The notes beneath the pieces were generated by a model, which was not told where the DNA came from, did no database searches, and saw only the letters and a program-made list of their open reading frames with translations. Made by a program: the position numbers and the translations under genes. DNA of 64,000 nucleotides, taken from Rhodospirillaceae bacterium. GTDB taxonomy: Bacteria; Pseudomonadota; Alphaproteobacteria; Rhodospirillales; Rhodospirillaceae. Of this stretch, positions 9,504 through 19,467 are shown in pieces (position 1 is the first letter of the stretch; every line of letters begins with the position of its first letter). The stretch is taken from positions 258,495-322,494 of the forward strand of contig CAWUEX030000003.1 in NCBI GenBank assembly GCA_963921305.4, given 5' to 3'.

Positions 9504-10196
9504 CTACTCGGCAGCCTGAGATACGGCGCCTTCGATTTCAGCCGCGACATCGTCGGTTGTCATGACGCGGCCCCATAAACGCAGGAACATGGCCTCGAAC
9601 GCCGCCTGCGCCTCGTCATCGCACGTTCCCGTGGCATCAGACACGACGACAACGCTAAATCCGCGATCCGACGCCTCCATCGCCGTCATGCCCACGCAGT
9701 TATTGGTGGAGACCCCGACCGTGACGATTTCTGAGATCCCCTTAGCCCGCAAGCGTGCTTCAATGCCGGTCGAGCCGAACGCACCCATGGTCACTTTGTT
9801 GAGTACCGTCTCGCCAGGCAACGGCGCGACGTCGGCGACAATCTCGTGCTCCCGTTGGCCTTCGATGTTGTTGGTTGCCTGAACAAGCCCTCGTATGTGG
9901 TGAGGAACGTCTGAGCAATCCGGTAATTCAGCGCCGTAGGTCACGTAAAAAACCGCCGCACCGGCGTCACGAAACGTCTTGAGAAGCCTTTGCGTATTCG
10001 GCAAAACCAAATCTCTTATTCTGCCAAATCGATAATCGGCCTCGTCGAGCCGGCCTTGTTCCTTGAGCATCTTTCCCAGCCCATGGTCTGGACTACCCGT
10101 TGCATACTGCAGGTCGACGACAACCAAGGCGCTTGTCTTCGGGTTAAGCGTGAACGGCCTATTGAAATCGTTGATGTAGTCTGCGGGCATCTCCAC
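9504..10196 (-). CDS. isochorismatase-family cysteine hydrolase
   Basis: ALVVVDLQYATG near the N-terminus and VTVGVSTNNCVGMTAMEASDRGF carrying the catalytic Cys. Confidence 0.8.
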   Translation of the reverse strand: MEMPADYINDFNRPFTLNPKTSALVVVDLQYATGSPDHGLGKMLKEQGRLDEADYRFGRIRDLVLPNTQRLLKTFRDAGAAVFYVTYGAELPDCSDVPHHIRGLVQATNNIEGQREHEIVADVAPLPGETVLNKVTMGAFGSTGIEARLRAKGISEIVTVGVSTNNCVGMTAMEASDRGFSVVVVSDATGTCDDEAQAAFEAMFLRLWGRVMTTDDVAAEIEGAVSQAAE

Positions 10197-10368
10197 CTCC
10201 GCTTGCCACCGATCAACTCAAGCCTAGCACCGGCAACAGCCGCAACAAAGTGAGCCCATTTAAGTCACCCTCTCCGGTGGGCCATGGCGCGGACAGATCG
10301 AGGTGTCTGGTTGGCGAGACCTATAATTCAGCCGATTGTAGCCTTCGAATTCTGACTGGGAGGTACCT

Positions 10369-10875
10369 ATGGCGCACGACACAGACTTAACGGCGTTTGC
10401 ACGGCGGGGATTGTTTGGGGGCCTCGCCGGTGGACTTACTGCGGGGCTCGCAACGGCCCTGACCGGCACGGCCAGAGCGGCAGGCCCGGAAGCCGACCCA
10501 GCCCTCGAAGCCGAGAAGGAAAAGATCGTAAACGACTTTTGTGCCGCATGGGCGGCGCGCGATCCTGACGTGCTGTTGCCGTTCCTCGACGACGAGATCG
10601 AATATTACATGTTTGAAGGGCGCCCCCCGATCAATGGAACCGCGGAGTTCAGTGCTCAGCTTAGGCCGTTTATGGCCGGTATGCGTGAGATAGATTGGGA
10701 GGTCCTGCGGTCGTGCACCATGGGCGACATCGTGCTCAATGAACGGATCGACCATTTCTTGCGCCCTGAAGGGTCAAACGCCCCCGACAATCACTTTCAT
10801 GTCGTCGGGGTGTTTCTCGTGCGCGGCGGCAAGATTGTGTACTGGAAAGACTATAATCTTTCGGGTGAGCTGTAA
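10369..10875 (+). CDS. Tat-exported NTF2-fold protein (limonene-1,2-epoxide hydrolase / SnoaL-like)
   Basis: Twin-arginine leader FARRGLFGGLAGG...ARAAGP, followed by an NTF2-like domain of about 120 aa (FCAAWAARDPDVLLPFLDDEIEYY...NERIDHF). Confidence 0.6.
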   Translation: MAHDTDLTAFARRGLFGGLAGGLTAGLATALTGTARAAGPEADPALEAEKEKIVNDFCAAWAARDPDVLLPFLDDEIEYYMFEGRPPINGTAEFSAQLRPFMAGMREIDWEVLRSCTMGDIVLNERIDHFLRPEGSNAPDNHFHVVGVFLVRGGKIVYWKDYNLSGEL

Positions 10876-10890
10876 CGCACGCCGAGCAAC

Positions 10891-11754
10891 CTACGCCGCG
10901 TTGAGGCGTTCGACATAGGCTTTGAAGGTCGTGGGCGCGCGACCGAGAATCGTTTCAAGAATTCTTGGATTACCCAGAAAACCGAAACGGTCGTAGTGCT
11001 CGTTCATGATCGTCATTTGCTTAACGCGATCATCCGACGCACCCGCCGCCCGCGCTTTCTCCTGCATCTTGGCAATGGGCGTGGCCTCGGCGCGAATAGG
11101 TTTACCGATCACATCACCGATGATCTTTGCCATGTCGTCTTGGCTCAGAGGTTCGGGACCGGCGAGTTCGAAGGTTCCGTAAAGCCAGCCATCGTCCAAG
11201 GTGACCCGCGCGGTCGCCTCGGCGAGATCGATTAGATCCACAACGTTAAACTTGAGGTGAGTATTGAACGGCATCGCGTGCACGCCTTCTTCATTCACGC
11301 GCTTCCAAATTGGCTCCAAGTGCTGCATGTACCGGATGGGTTGAACGATGGTGTAGGGCACACCCGACTCGATGACCATTTCTTCAGTGTCGAGCTTGAG
11401 GCTGTGATGCCGTACGTCACGCCGCAGGGGATGCATAACTGAATAGTAAATGAAGCGGCCGACGCCGACTTGCTTCGCCGCCGACACGAAGTTCGCCGTC
11501 ATCTCTTTTTCATCGGGATGCATCGGCGGTCCAATATGAACGATGGCTTCGCACCCCGCTATGGCCGGTTCAATCGTGTCTGGCTTCTGCATATCGCCAA
11601 CGGCAACCTCGTTGGCACCCAGGTCCATCAACGTCGATGATTGGTCGGCGTCGCGCACGAAGGCTCGAACGTCGGCGCCACGTTTTGCCAGAGCTTGAAC
11701 GATCGGCTTACCCGTGCGGCCATGAGAGCCGGTGACAAGTACTTTGAGCGGCAT
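10891..11754 (-). CDS. NmrA-like NAD(P)-binding protein
   Basis: Start at the ATG at 11754, preceded by AGGAGG. Rossmann N-terminus KVLVTGSHGRTGKPIV. NmrA/isoflavone-reductase-like length. Confidence 0.75.
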   Translation of the reverse strand: MPLKVLVTGSHGRTGKPIVQALAKRGADVRAFVRDADQSSTLMDLGANEVAVGDMQKPDTIEPAIAGCEAIVHIGPPMHPDEKEMTANFVSAAKQVGVGRFIYYSVMHPLRRDVRHHSLKLDTEEMVIESGVPYTIVQPIRYMQHLEPIWKRVNEEGVHAMPFNTHLKFNVVDLIDLAEATARVTLDDGWLYGTFELAGPEPLSQDDMAKIIGDVIGKPIRAEATPIAKMQEKARAAGASDDRVKQMTIMNEHYDRFGFLGNPRILETILGRAPTTFKAYVERLNAA

Positions 11755-11837
11755 TGGCGATCCTCCTGTTTCAGGACCCACCATAGCCGCGAGAGGCACG
11801 TAAAGGGATGGCTTTTAGGCCGCAAATCTCCAGGCGG

Positions 11838-12443
11838 TCACCCTTCCCGCCCCTGGTGCTGGTGTGATTCACGCGCGCTGAGCCACCGGCGATCCGCAAT
11901 GAATGAATCCGTCCGGTCGACCAATTCCTGAAACGATGCGCCCCCGGCCCGCCATTGATCACGAGCCGCGGCCATGGCGGACACCTTGGCAGCCCATTCT
12001 GGACCGAACACGGTTCGGGCAAGGTGGTCACGCAGGACGCGCGCAAGACCCGCCGCCTTGCCGTTGGTCGAGACTGTCACCTGTAAATCGCCCCGCACCA
12101 GTCGCGCGGGCATATGAAAGTCGCATAGCCGCTTGATATCGTGGACATTCACCAGGGCCCCAGCTGAGTGAGCCAGACGGGCATAGTGCTCTGCCTGATC
12201 TTCAGGAATGTCGGCAACATAAACGAGTTTATATCTCCGGCTCTCGAAGTCAGGCTCGGTTGGCCAGCGGTGGTGCAGACGCGACCCGGCTCTTGCCTTT
12301 AACTCTTCATCGGGCTCGGGCGCAAATACATCCACGTCCCCCGCGCGGGAGTCATCAAGGGCTTTGAGGCGCATCACCGCGGCAAATCCACCGCCAATCA
12401 CGGCAACGGGCGCGGATTGAACATCTAACATCATTGGCAACAT
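11838..12443 (-). CDS. sirC: precorrin-2 dehydrogenase / sirohydrochlorin ferrochelatase (siroheme synthase N-terminal-domain type)
   Basis: NAD loop PVAVIGGGFAAVMRLKAL. About 200 aa, like the CysG N-domain and Met8p. The start shares 1 nt with the hemB stop. Confidence 0.7.
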   Translation of the reverse strand: MLPMMLDVQSAPVAVIGGGFAAVMRLKALDDSRAGDVDVFAPEPDEELKARAGSRLHHRWPTEPDFESRRYKLVYVADIPEDQAEHYARLAHSAGALVNVHDIKRLCDFHMPARLVRGDLQVTVSTNGKAAGLARVLRDHLARTVFGPEWAAKVSAMAAARDQWRAGGASFQELVDRTDSFIADRRWLSARESHQHQGREG

Positions 12444-13450
12444 CAGCTTGATCCTTTCAGCGCCTTCGCCACATCCAAGGCCGCATAGGTGAGAATGGTT
12501 CCAGCGCCGGCGCGCTTGATGGCGAGAAGGTGCTCAACCATGACGTCATCCGCGTCGACGACTCCAGCAGCTCCTGCCGCCTTCACCATGGTGTACTCCC
12601 CGCTGACCTGATAGGCAAAAACTGGGACATGAAATCGCTCGCGTATCGCAGCGATGACATCGAGGTAGGCGAGCGCAGGCTTGACCATCACCGCATCTGC
12701 CCCCTCACCAAGATCGAGTGAAACCTCGGCGAGGGCTTCGTCCCGGTTCCTCGGGTCCATCTGATAGGATCTCTTTGACGCCCCGGAGAGCGCCGTCGAG
12801 GACCCGACTGCATCCCGGAACGGTCCGTACAACGCCGATGCATACTTGGCGGCATAGGACAAAATAATCGTGTCTGGATGACCGGCAGCCTCTAGTGCGC
12901 TGCGGATGGCGCCGACCCGCCCGTCCATCATGTCAGACGGCGCGACAATGTCGGCGCCTGTGTTTGCCAATACGACAGCCTGCTCCGCAAGAGTCTCGAC
13001 CGTTTCATCGTTGGCAACGTCGCCGTCACGTATCAACCCGTCGTGACCGTGACTCGTGTACGGGTCCAGAGCAACGTCGGCGATCACACCAATGTCGGGC
13101 ACTTGCGACTTCAATGCCTGAATAGTCCGGCAGACGAGGTTGTCCGGCTTGAGAGCTTCCTGACCGTCCTCAGTCTTGAGCTTGGGGTCGGTGACAGGAA
13201 AAACAGCCACCGCCTGTATACCTAGACCGTGCGCCTCGCGAGCTGTCTCAACGACCTGATCGATAGACTGCCGTGTGACCCCAGGTAAAGTCTCGATTGG
13301 CTCCGGCGTTTCAATGCCATCCTTGACGAACACAGGGAGGACCAAGTCGCAGGGATGGAGGCGCGTCTCTGCCCGCAGTTCCCGCGCCCAGGACCGCTGG
13401 CGAAAGCGGCGCATGCGGGTAGCCGGATAAGCTCCGGGATAAACCGACAT
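12443..13450 (-). CDS. hemB: porphobilinogen synthase (delta-aminolevulinate dehydratase)
   Basis: Aspartate-rich metal site DVALDPYTSHGHDG (Mg type, with no Cys triad). Active-site lysines in VMVKPAL and SYAAKYAS. Start set to the ATG at 13450 (MSVYPGAYPATRMRR). Confidence 0.9.
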   Translation of the reverse strand: MSVYPGAYPATRMRRFRQRSWARELRAETRLHPCDLVLPVFVKDGIETPEPIETLPGVTRQSIDQVVETAREAHGLGIQAVAVFPVTDPKLKTEDGQEALKPDNLVCRTIQALKSQVPDIGVIADVALDPYTSHGHDGLIRDGDVANDETVETLAEQAVVLANTGADIVAPSDMMDGRVGAIRSALEAAGHPDTIILSYAAKYASALYGPFRDAVGSSTALSGASKRSYQMDPRNRDEALAEVSLDLGEGADAVMVKPALAYLDVIAAIRERFHVPVFAYQVSGEYTMVKAAGAAGVVDADDVMVEHLLAIKRAGAGTILTYAALDVAKALKGSS

Positions 13451-13454
13451 GAGC

Positions 13455-14138
13455 CTACGCCGCCAGCCTGATGGCTTCAGCCATACCGTCGGCATCGCAT
13501 GACGGAGAAATGATTTTCCGTCCCCACGATAGAGCGCTTGAAGACGCGACTTTCTGTGAGATGAAGACAGCGGTCGCCTGCGCCACCTTTCCGGCAAGGC
13601 TCGACCGTTGAATCAGTGCCTCAAAGGTTTGGCATGCCCGCACCGAGTACAGCGGAACGATCCAGGGGTCGGAACTTTCAGCTGCCTGCTCCATAACGGG
13701 TGGCAACCGCGATGTCAGTATCATCCGGTAGACAACGCGGCGATCGACAGGCAGATCGTCTAGTTGACTCAGGTCCAGCGTAATGTCCGCACCAGAGAGA
13801 TATAGCGCCCGTGTGAAAGTCGAAGAGCGCAGTAGCGAAACGAGGTCCTGAGCGGTCCCTCCAGCTTCCTTCACGTCTTGGAAACCGCAGCTTCGGAGGT
13901 CCTCGGCGGTTCCCGGGCCAACAGCGAATGTTTTGACGGCTCGCTCAGACACGTGCGGCGCTGCCGCTGTGACCCCAAACCGGCTGGTGAAGACGAGTGC
14001 ATCGTAACCACCGAGAGATATAGGGCCTGAACCCATAGACATGTACTGAAACATGGGCGCCGCAATCACGTCGCGGCCGGTCGCGGCACGCAGATTGCCG
14101 ATATCTTGATGTTCAGAAGGACGCGTTGAGATGATCAC
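13455..14138 (-). CDS. hemD: uroporphyrinogen-III synthase
   Basis: HemD-like pattern IISTRP...YDALVFTSRFGV...FAVGPGTAEDL. Lies between hemC and hemB. The GTG start overlaps the hemC stop (GTGA). Confidence 0.65.
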   Translation of the reverse strand: MIISTRPSEHQDIGNLRAATGRDVIAAPMFQYMSMGSGPISLGGYDALVFTSRFGVTAAAPHVSERAVKTFAVGPGTAEDLRSCGFQDVKEAGGTAQDLVSLLRSSTFTRALYLSGADITLDLSQLDDLPVDRRVVYRMILTSRLPPVMEQAAESSDPWIVPLYSVRACQTFEALIQRSSLAGKVAQATAVFISQKVASSSALSWGRKIISPSCDADGMAEAIRLAA

Positions 14139-15058
14139 GCCGCCAGTTCCCTGGCCGCGGCGACGAGCAAGTCATGAGACACCTGCCGGCCAATCTCATG
14201 CGCCTGACGCGGGTCTCCTTGCGCACGCGCGGTTACCGTTCTAGCTCCATCTTCGGTGACCAACGCGGACTCGAGGTGCAAGGTGTTCCGTCCTTGTAGT
14301 TGTGCCAACGCCCCCAGTGGAAAAACGCACGCACCCGCTATATCTGAAAGAATGGCCCGTTCCGCGGTGACAGCAGCAAACGTAGGCTCGTGATTCACAA
14401 GCTCGGCCAAACGGCGTGCACGGAAATCATCGCTGCGGCAGGTCAGACCGATTGCACCTTGGCCTGGGTCCGGCGGCATTTCGTCAGCCGTCAACACTTG
14501 CTTGATGTGGTTTTGAAGGCTAAGCCGCTTTAGGCCAGCCACAGCCAAGATGGTGCCAAGCGTCTGCCCTTCCTGGAGCGCGGCGACACGCTCGTCGACG
14601 TTGCCGCGCAGCAGCTGGTAGCCTACATCGGGCCGTAAACGCCGCAGAAACCCCATGCGCCGTACTGACGCCGACCCCATGATCGCGCCATACGGCAAAT
14701 CCACAAGTGATGAAAAGTCAGGCGCAACGAGACAGTCGCGCGGGTCTTCGCGCTCAAGGGTCGCCGCCAGGACAACGCCTTGAGGCAGGTTCGCGGGCAA
14801 ATCCTTCACTGAATGCACGGCAAAATCGATATCACCGGCCAAAAGGGCATGGTCGATGTTGTCCGTGAACACGCCACGCCCACCAAGGTCCTCCAGCGTA
14901 ACGGACCGATTCTCATCGCCGTTCGAGGACAATTCAACGATCTCAATGATATCGGCCAGACTCGAATCTACACGGCATAGCTCAACCACAGCCATACGCG
15001 CTTGTATTAAGGCGAGAGGGCTGGAACGAGTACCAACACGGATTGGACGCCTATGCAT
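14135..15058 (-). CDS. hemC: hydroxymethylbilane synthase (porphobilinogen deaminase)
   Basis: [16 protein letters not shown]-terminal motif and cofactor Cys in GACVFPLGA. The start is at 15058, or alternatively 15076. Either one overlaps the hemA stop. Confidence 0.9.
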   Translation of the reverse strand: MHRRPIRVGTRSSPLALIQARMAVVELCRVDSSLADIIEIVELSSNGDENRSVTLEDLGGRGVFTDNIDHALLAGDIDFAVHSVKDLPANLPQGVVLAATLEREDPRDCLVAPDFSSLVDLPYGAIMGSASVRRMGFLRRLRPDVGYQLLRGNVDERVAALQEGQTLGTILAVAGLKRLSLQNHIKQVLTADEMPPDPGQGAIGLTCRSDDFRARRLAELVNHEPTFAAVTAERAILSDIAGACVFPLGALAQLQGRNTLHLESALVTEDGARTVTARAQGDPRQAHEIGRQVSHDLLVAAARELAA

Positions 15059-16298
15059 ACCGCGATACCTCCTCACATATCGCCGCGATAAGTTTGTCGG
15101 CCATTTCCTCGGTGTGGAGCGGCGTCGGTGTGATCCTTAAACGCTCGGCACCACGCGGAACGGTAGGATGATTGATGGCCTGGACGTAAATGCCGTGACG
15201 CCGCAGCAAGGCTTGCGATATCTGCTTCGCTTTGACCGGACAGCCAACAATAACCGGCAGAATGTGGGTATTGCCGGGAAGAACATTTACACCCCGTGCA
15301 GCAAGCTTTTCGCGTGCGTACGAGACGATATGTCTTTGCCGCAATCGCAAGTCCGGGGACCGCGACACCACGTTCACCGACGCAAGCGCGGCTGCGGCGA
15401 GGACGGGCGATAAAGCGGTCGTGAAAATAAATCCCGGCGCAAAACTACGCACGAAGTCGACAACAGTGCGTGACGCAGCCATGTAGCCACCCATGACGCC
15501 AAAAGCCTTCGCGAGCGTTCCTTGAAGGACGTCGATTTGATCGGAAACTCCATCGCGCTCGGCCACGCCCGCACCGGTAGGTCCATACATGCCGACAGCG
15601 TGGACCTCGTCAACATAGGTCAGGGCGTTGTACCGTTGCGCCAACTCAACGACTGCTGGAAGGTCTGCGACGGTTCCATCCATCGAATAGACGGACTCAA
15701 CAGCGATGAGCTTCGGCCTGTCTCGGTCAATCGTTGCCAGTACGTTTTTGAGGGCATCGATATCGTTGTGACGGAAGATCCGCTTTTCGACACGCGCGTT
15801 CCTCATCCCGGCAATCATAGACGCATGATTTTTTTCGTCGGAGATAACGACGCAACCCGGCAAGCGCCCGGCAACGGTGGACAAGATGGCTTCGTTGGCA
15901 ACGAAGCCGGACGTGAATAGCAACGCCTGCTCTTTGCCATGAAGGCGGGCCAGCGTTGACTCCAGTTTGGCATGGACATCCTGAGTGCCACTGATGTTGC
16001 GTGTGCCGCCAGCTCCAGCCCCATAGCGGCTAGCAGCATCTTGAAGGGCGTCGACGACCTCAGAATGCTGGCTCATGCCAAGATAGTCGTTTGAGCACCA
16101 CACCGTCACCGGAGCGACGCCGGTCTCGCTGTGCCACAGGGCGTGAGGGAATTGACCCGCAAGGCGTTCAAGACGCACGAACTGGCGATAGTTGCCCTGG
16201 GTCCGTAGGTCGTTCAGAGCGCCCGTCATGAACGCTTCATATCCGCCAGACCGGACGTCTAGGGTATCTCTTCTGACTGGGTGCGATTGGATTGTCAT
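15051..16298 (-). CDS. hemA: 5-aminolevulinate synthase (Shemin/C4 pathway)
   Basis: ALAS pattern [29 protein letters not shown] lysine in GTLAKAFG, and SVYSMDGT is present. The ATG at 16298 overlaps the cysH stop (ATGA). Confidence 0.9.
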   Translation of the reverse strand: MTIQSHPVRRDTLDVRSGGYEAFMTGALNDLRTQGNYRQFVRLERLAGQFPHALWHSETGVAPVTVWCSNDYLGMSQHSEVVDALQDAASRYGAGAGGTRNISGTQDVHAKLESTLARLHGKEQALLFTSGFVANEAILSTVAGRLPGCVVISDEKNHASMIAGMRNARVEKRIFRHNDIDALKNVLATIDRDRPKLIAVESVYSMDGTVADLPAVVELAQRYNALTYVDEVHAVGMYGPTGAGVAERDGVSDQIDVLQGTLAKAFGVMGGYMAASRTVVDFVRSFAPGFIFTTALSPVLAAAALASVNVVSRSPDLRLRQRHIVSYAREKLAARGVNVLPGNTHILPVIVGCPVKAKQISQALLRRHGIYVQAINHPTVPRGAERLRITPTPLHTEEMADKLIAAICEEVSRYA

Positions 16299-17008
16299 AA
16301 CGCTGCCGCCGCCCCACTTGGCAGGTGAATGCCACACTCGGTTTTGTCTTGATTGCGCCAGCGCCCAGCACGCTGGCCTTCACCTGTTGTCACAGGCGTC
16401 GTACACGGCATGCAGCCCACCGACGCGTATCCCTCGGCCTCCAGCGGGTGCTTGGGCAAGTCAAACCGATCAAAATAGTCTTCGATTTCAGCCCTTCGCC
16501 AGGATGCCAGCGGATTGATTTTCACGCGTGAGCCATCAAGCTCGACGTGTGAGAGCCCAGCGCGCGCGTCACCCTGATAAGACTTTCGACCCGTCGCCCA
16601 TGCGGAAAAAGGCCGGAGTGCTGTGGCGAACGGACGCACTTTCCGCATCGCGCAACAGGCGTTCGGATTGCGTAGCCAAAGTGCGCCTTTGGGATCTTCT
16701 GCGTCCACTTCATCTTGGTCTGGCTTGACGGCCCGCACCTGGGTTAACCCGAGCTGTGCGATAAGGACGCGCTTATAACGTAGCGTCTCACCGAAGAGCT
16801 TTCCCGTGTCCAAAAACAGAACCGGTATGTTGGGGTCAACCTGAGCCGTCAAATGAAGCAGAACGGCGGACTCGGTACCGAAGGAGGACACAACCGCGAA
16901 CTTGTTGTCGTAAGCCTCATAAACGGCAGCGATGAGGTCAGCGCCGGCCAGGCCTTGCCACCTCTCTATATCCTGTGAGGACGTATCTTGTGCGGCGCTG
17001 GCCATCAT
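16295..17008 (-). CDS. cysH: adenylyl-/phosphoadenylyl-sulfate reductase, Fe-S (APS reductase) type
   Basis: Catalytic ECGIH motif plus the cluster cysteines NACCAMRK and GCMPCT. Confidence 0.85.
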   Translation of the reverse strand: MMASAAQDTSSQDIERWQGLAGADLIAAVYEAYDNKFAVVSSFGTESAVLLHLTAQVDPNIPVLFLDTGKLFGETLRYKRVLIAQLGLTQVRAVKPDQDEVDAEDPKGALWLRNPNACCAMRKVRPFATALRPFSAWATGRKSYQGDARAGLSHVELDGSRVKINPLASWRRAEIEDYFDRFDLPKHPLEAEGYASVGCMPCTTPVTTGEGQRAGRWRNQDKTECGIHLPSGAAAAL

Positions 17009-17520
17009 TACACACCCGCCTCTCCGGTGGATTGCCGCAACCTTTGAACTGGCCTGCGCGAGTCCGCGGCAGCCTGAAACACAACGGTAAATCTCTCGAC
17101 CACGGCTTGGACATCGGCCTCGGAAATATGAGGCGGCAGATCGACTGACGAAAAGCCAACACGAATCAGAAATTGAACTTGATCGAGCAGGAGTTCACCA
17201 ACGGCTCGAATGTCGCCCGCATAGCCAAATCGGTCCCGCAATATCCGGGCTTGTGAAAAACCCCGGCCATCCTTGAATGCAGAGAACTCGATCGCGATCA
17301 CAGCTAAGCGATCGATAAAAGGGGCCAGTCGGTCGAGGTCGGTATCTGGTCCTATGGTGACGCCGATCGCCTGCCCTGGCTGCAAGGCAGCGTTTATCTC
17401 GGCCGCGAGGTCTTCAATATCCAGAAAGCGGGTCTCGGTAGGCGATCCAACTTGGGCGCCGTTTTGCGCTTTCGGCGAATACAAACCCGTGTGTTGTGAG
17501 GAAAGATCATGCACGGGCAT
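17008..17520 (-). CDS. DUF934 protein associated with sulfite reductase
   Basis: FKDGRGFSQARILRDRFGYAGDIRAVGELLLDQ block typical of DUF934. Start at 17520 (alternative 17553); both overlap the cysI 3' end. Confidence 0.7.
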   Translation of the reverse strand: MPVHDLSSQHTGLYSPKAQNGAQVGSPTETRFLDIEDLAAEINAALQPGQAIGVTIGPDTDLDRLAPFIDRLAVIAIEFSAFKDGRGFSQARILRDRFGYAGDIRAVGELLLDQVQFLIRVGFSSVDLPPHISEADVQAVVERFTVVFQAAADSRRPVQRLRQSTGEAGV

Positions 17521-19153
17521 AGAGGCGCTCCTTGAACGGTTCCGCGCCAACACGGCGGTAGAAATTTAAGAACGGCTCTCCGGGTTGGCGCAGGTCGAGA
17601 TACACATGCACGATCTGCTCCACCGCATCGACGATTTCATCGTACGAAAATCCAGGCCCGATAATCTTGCCGATCTCCGCGTCCTCGGCTCCGCTGCCGC
17701 CAAGCGTGATTTGATAAAATTCCTCACCTTTACGGTCGACGCCGAGGATGCCGATATGGCCTGCATGATGATGTCCGCAAGCATTGATGCACCCGGAGAT
17801 TTTGACTTTCAGCTCGCCGATATCGTGCTGCCGCTGCAGAGCGCTAAACCGTTCGGAGATACGCTGCGAAACGGGGATCGAACGCGCGTTTGCAAGCGAG
17901 CAATAGTCAAGACCAGGACAGGCAATGATGTCGGTGATCAAACCGGCATTCGCAGTTCCAAGGCCTGCCTTGGACAGCACGGTCCAGAGCTCGATAAGAT
18001 TTCGTTGCTCAACATGCGGCAAAATCAGGTTTTGTTCGTGAGACACACGGATTTCACCGAACGAGAAGCGCTCGGCGAGGTCGGCGATAAGATCCATCTG
18101 CTCTGCCGTCGCGTCACCGGGAATTCCACCGTAAGGTTTGAGAGAGACGGTAACGATGGCGTAGCCCGATTGCTTGTGGGCATGCGTATTGGTTTTGCGC
18201 CAATTCTCAAAGTCTGGCGGGCTAACCTGGCTGGGCACCTCTTTCGCTGTCGACGTCACGAAGGCCGGTGGCGCGAACATCTTGCGCACCCTGTGCTCTT
18301 CATGGAGCTCATGATCAACGTGAGCCTTGTCGATCGCTTCCCATTCGGCCTCGACCTCTTTGGTGAACGCGTCAGTGCCCAGGTCGCGAACAAGAATCTT
18401 GATCCGGGCTTTGTAGATGTTGTCGCGCCGGCCGTACCGGTTGTAGACCCGAAGAATTGCCTCCAAGTAGGATTGCAGGTGCTGCTTGGGCAAAAACTTG
18501 CGAATGGTCGGCCCTACGACGGGCGTACGCCCCATTCCACCGCCGGCAATGACCTCGAAGCCTATCTCGCCGTCGCCATTTCTACGCAGAATAAGACCGA
18601 TGTCGTGAAAGCGCACCGCCGCCCGGTCTTCTTCCGCACCGGTCACGGCGATCTTGAACTTGCGGGGCAGGAACGAAAACTCCGGATGCAGAGTCGACCA
18701 CTGGCGGATCAGCTCCGCATATATCCGCGGATCATCCAATTCATCTGCTGTAGCGCCAGCAAAATGATCGGCGGTGACGTTACGAATGACATTGCCGCTG
18801 GTTTGAATGCCATGAAGCTGGGCGGCCGCGAGGTCGTAAAGCAGATCAGGCGCGTCTTCTAACCGAATCCAGTTGTATTGGATGTTCTGGCGGGTGGTGA
18901 AGTGGCCGTACCCTTTATCATAGGTTCTCGCAACATGGGCGAGAGCCCGCATTTGCTCGGACGAAAGCGTCCCATAGGGGATCGCCACGCGCAGCATATA
19001 GGCGTGCAATTGCAAATAGAGACCATTGAGCAGCCGCAAAGGACGAAATTGCTCTTCGGTCAACTCGCCACTGAGTCTGCGCTTGACCTGATCCCGGAAC
19101 TCATTGACCCGCTGATTGATCAGCGTCTGATCAAAGGTATCGTATTCGTACAT
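17507..19153 (-). CDS. cysI: assimilatory sulfite reductase hemoprotein (siroheme/4Fe-4S)
   Basis: Nitrite/sulfite reductase fold. Cluster/siroheme cysteines are ACPGLDYC and SGCINAC. Confidence 0.9.
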   Translation of the reverse strand: MYEYDTFDQTLINQRVNEFRDQVKRRLSGELTEEQFRPLRLLNGLYLQLHAYMLRVAIPYGTLSSEQMRALAHVARTYDKGYGHFTTRQNIQYNWIRLEDAPDLLYDLAAAQLHGIQTSGNVIRNVTADHFAGATADELDDPRIYAELIRQWSTLHPEFSFLPRKFKIAVTGAEEDRAAVRFHDIGLILRRNGDGEIGFEVIAGGGMGRTPVVGPTIRKFLPKQHLQSYLEAILRVYNRYGRRDNIYKARIKILVRDLGTDAFTKEVEAEWEAIDKAHVDHELHEEHRVRKMFAPPAFVTSTAKEVPSQVSPPDFENWRKTNTHAHKQSGYAIVTVSLKPYGGIPGDATAEQMDLIADLAERFSFGEIRVSHEQNLILPHVEQRNLIELWTVLSKAGLGTANAGLITDIIACPGLDYCSLANARSIPVSQRISERFSALQRQHDIGELKVKISGCINACGHHHAGHIGILGVDRKGEEFYQITLGGSGAEDAEIGKIIGPGFSYDEIVDAVEQIVHVYLDLRQPGEPFLNFYRRVGAEPFKERLYARA

Positions 19154-19169
19154 GTTGATCTCGATTGAA

Positions 19170-19463
19170 TTATGCGTTTGGGAAAGGGCGCGCGAGGTCG
19201 GGGCGAACCGTCGGCCCGGTGGCGCGGATACGGTCTCTCAGGCTGACCGGGGTTTCGGAAGCCGAAGGACCATTGAGGGCGATGGCCTCGATCCCGACGA
19301 CCGTGTTGGCGCCGTCGCCGACCTCTTCCAGCTTGGACTCCAGGTCTGGCGTGTCCTTTTCGAAACGCCTGGCCTTGGCGATTTCATCGGTCCAAGAACC
19401 TTCTCCGGTCAAATAGACGATTTCGCCGGTTCGGAGATCGTTCGCAATGATGACGTGTGTCAT
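19170..19463 (-). CDS. DUF2849 protein
   Basis: Start set to the ATG at 19463 (MTHVIIANDLRTGEIVYL...RDRIRATGPT), 4 nt after the cobA stop. This family normally sits between cysG/cobA and cysI in alphaproteobacteria. Confidence 0.65.
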   Translation of the reverse strand: MTHVIIANDLRTGEIVYLTGEGSWTDEIAKARRFEKDTPDLESKLEEVGDGANTVVGIEAIALNGPSASETPVSLRDRIRATGPTVRPDLARPFPNA

Positions 19464-19467
19464 GCCG

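Noticed and set aside
12443-13597. Long N-terminal extensions in the ORF track (for example hemB to 13597, ACAD to 7853, DUF2849 to 19679, amine oxidase to 39100, lldD-like from 40525, SDR from 1374, GntR from 7935)
   Set aside because: The extensions overlap the upstream gene, are Arg/Pro/Ser-rich and lack an RBS. Internal ATGs coincide with conserved family N-termini or signal peptides and with Shine-Dalgarno-like sequences.
17585-18862. 425-aa ORF on the plus strand, antisense to cysI
   Set aside because: It lies entirely within the strongly supported sulfite reductase gene and has a low-complexity, Arg/Gly/Ala-rich composition. It has no motifs, no RBS and no independent start context. 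It is a typical shadow ORF of high-GC coding DNA.
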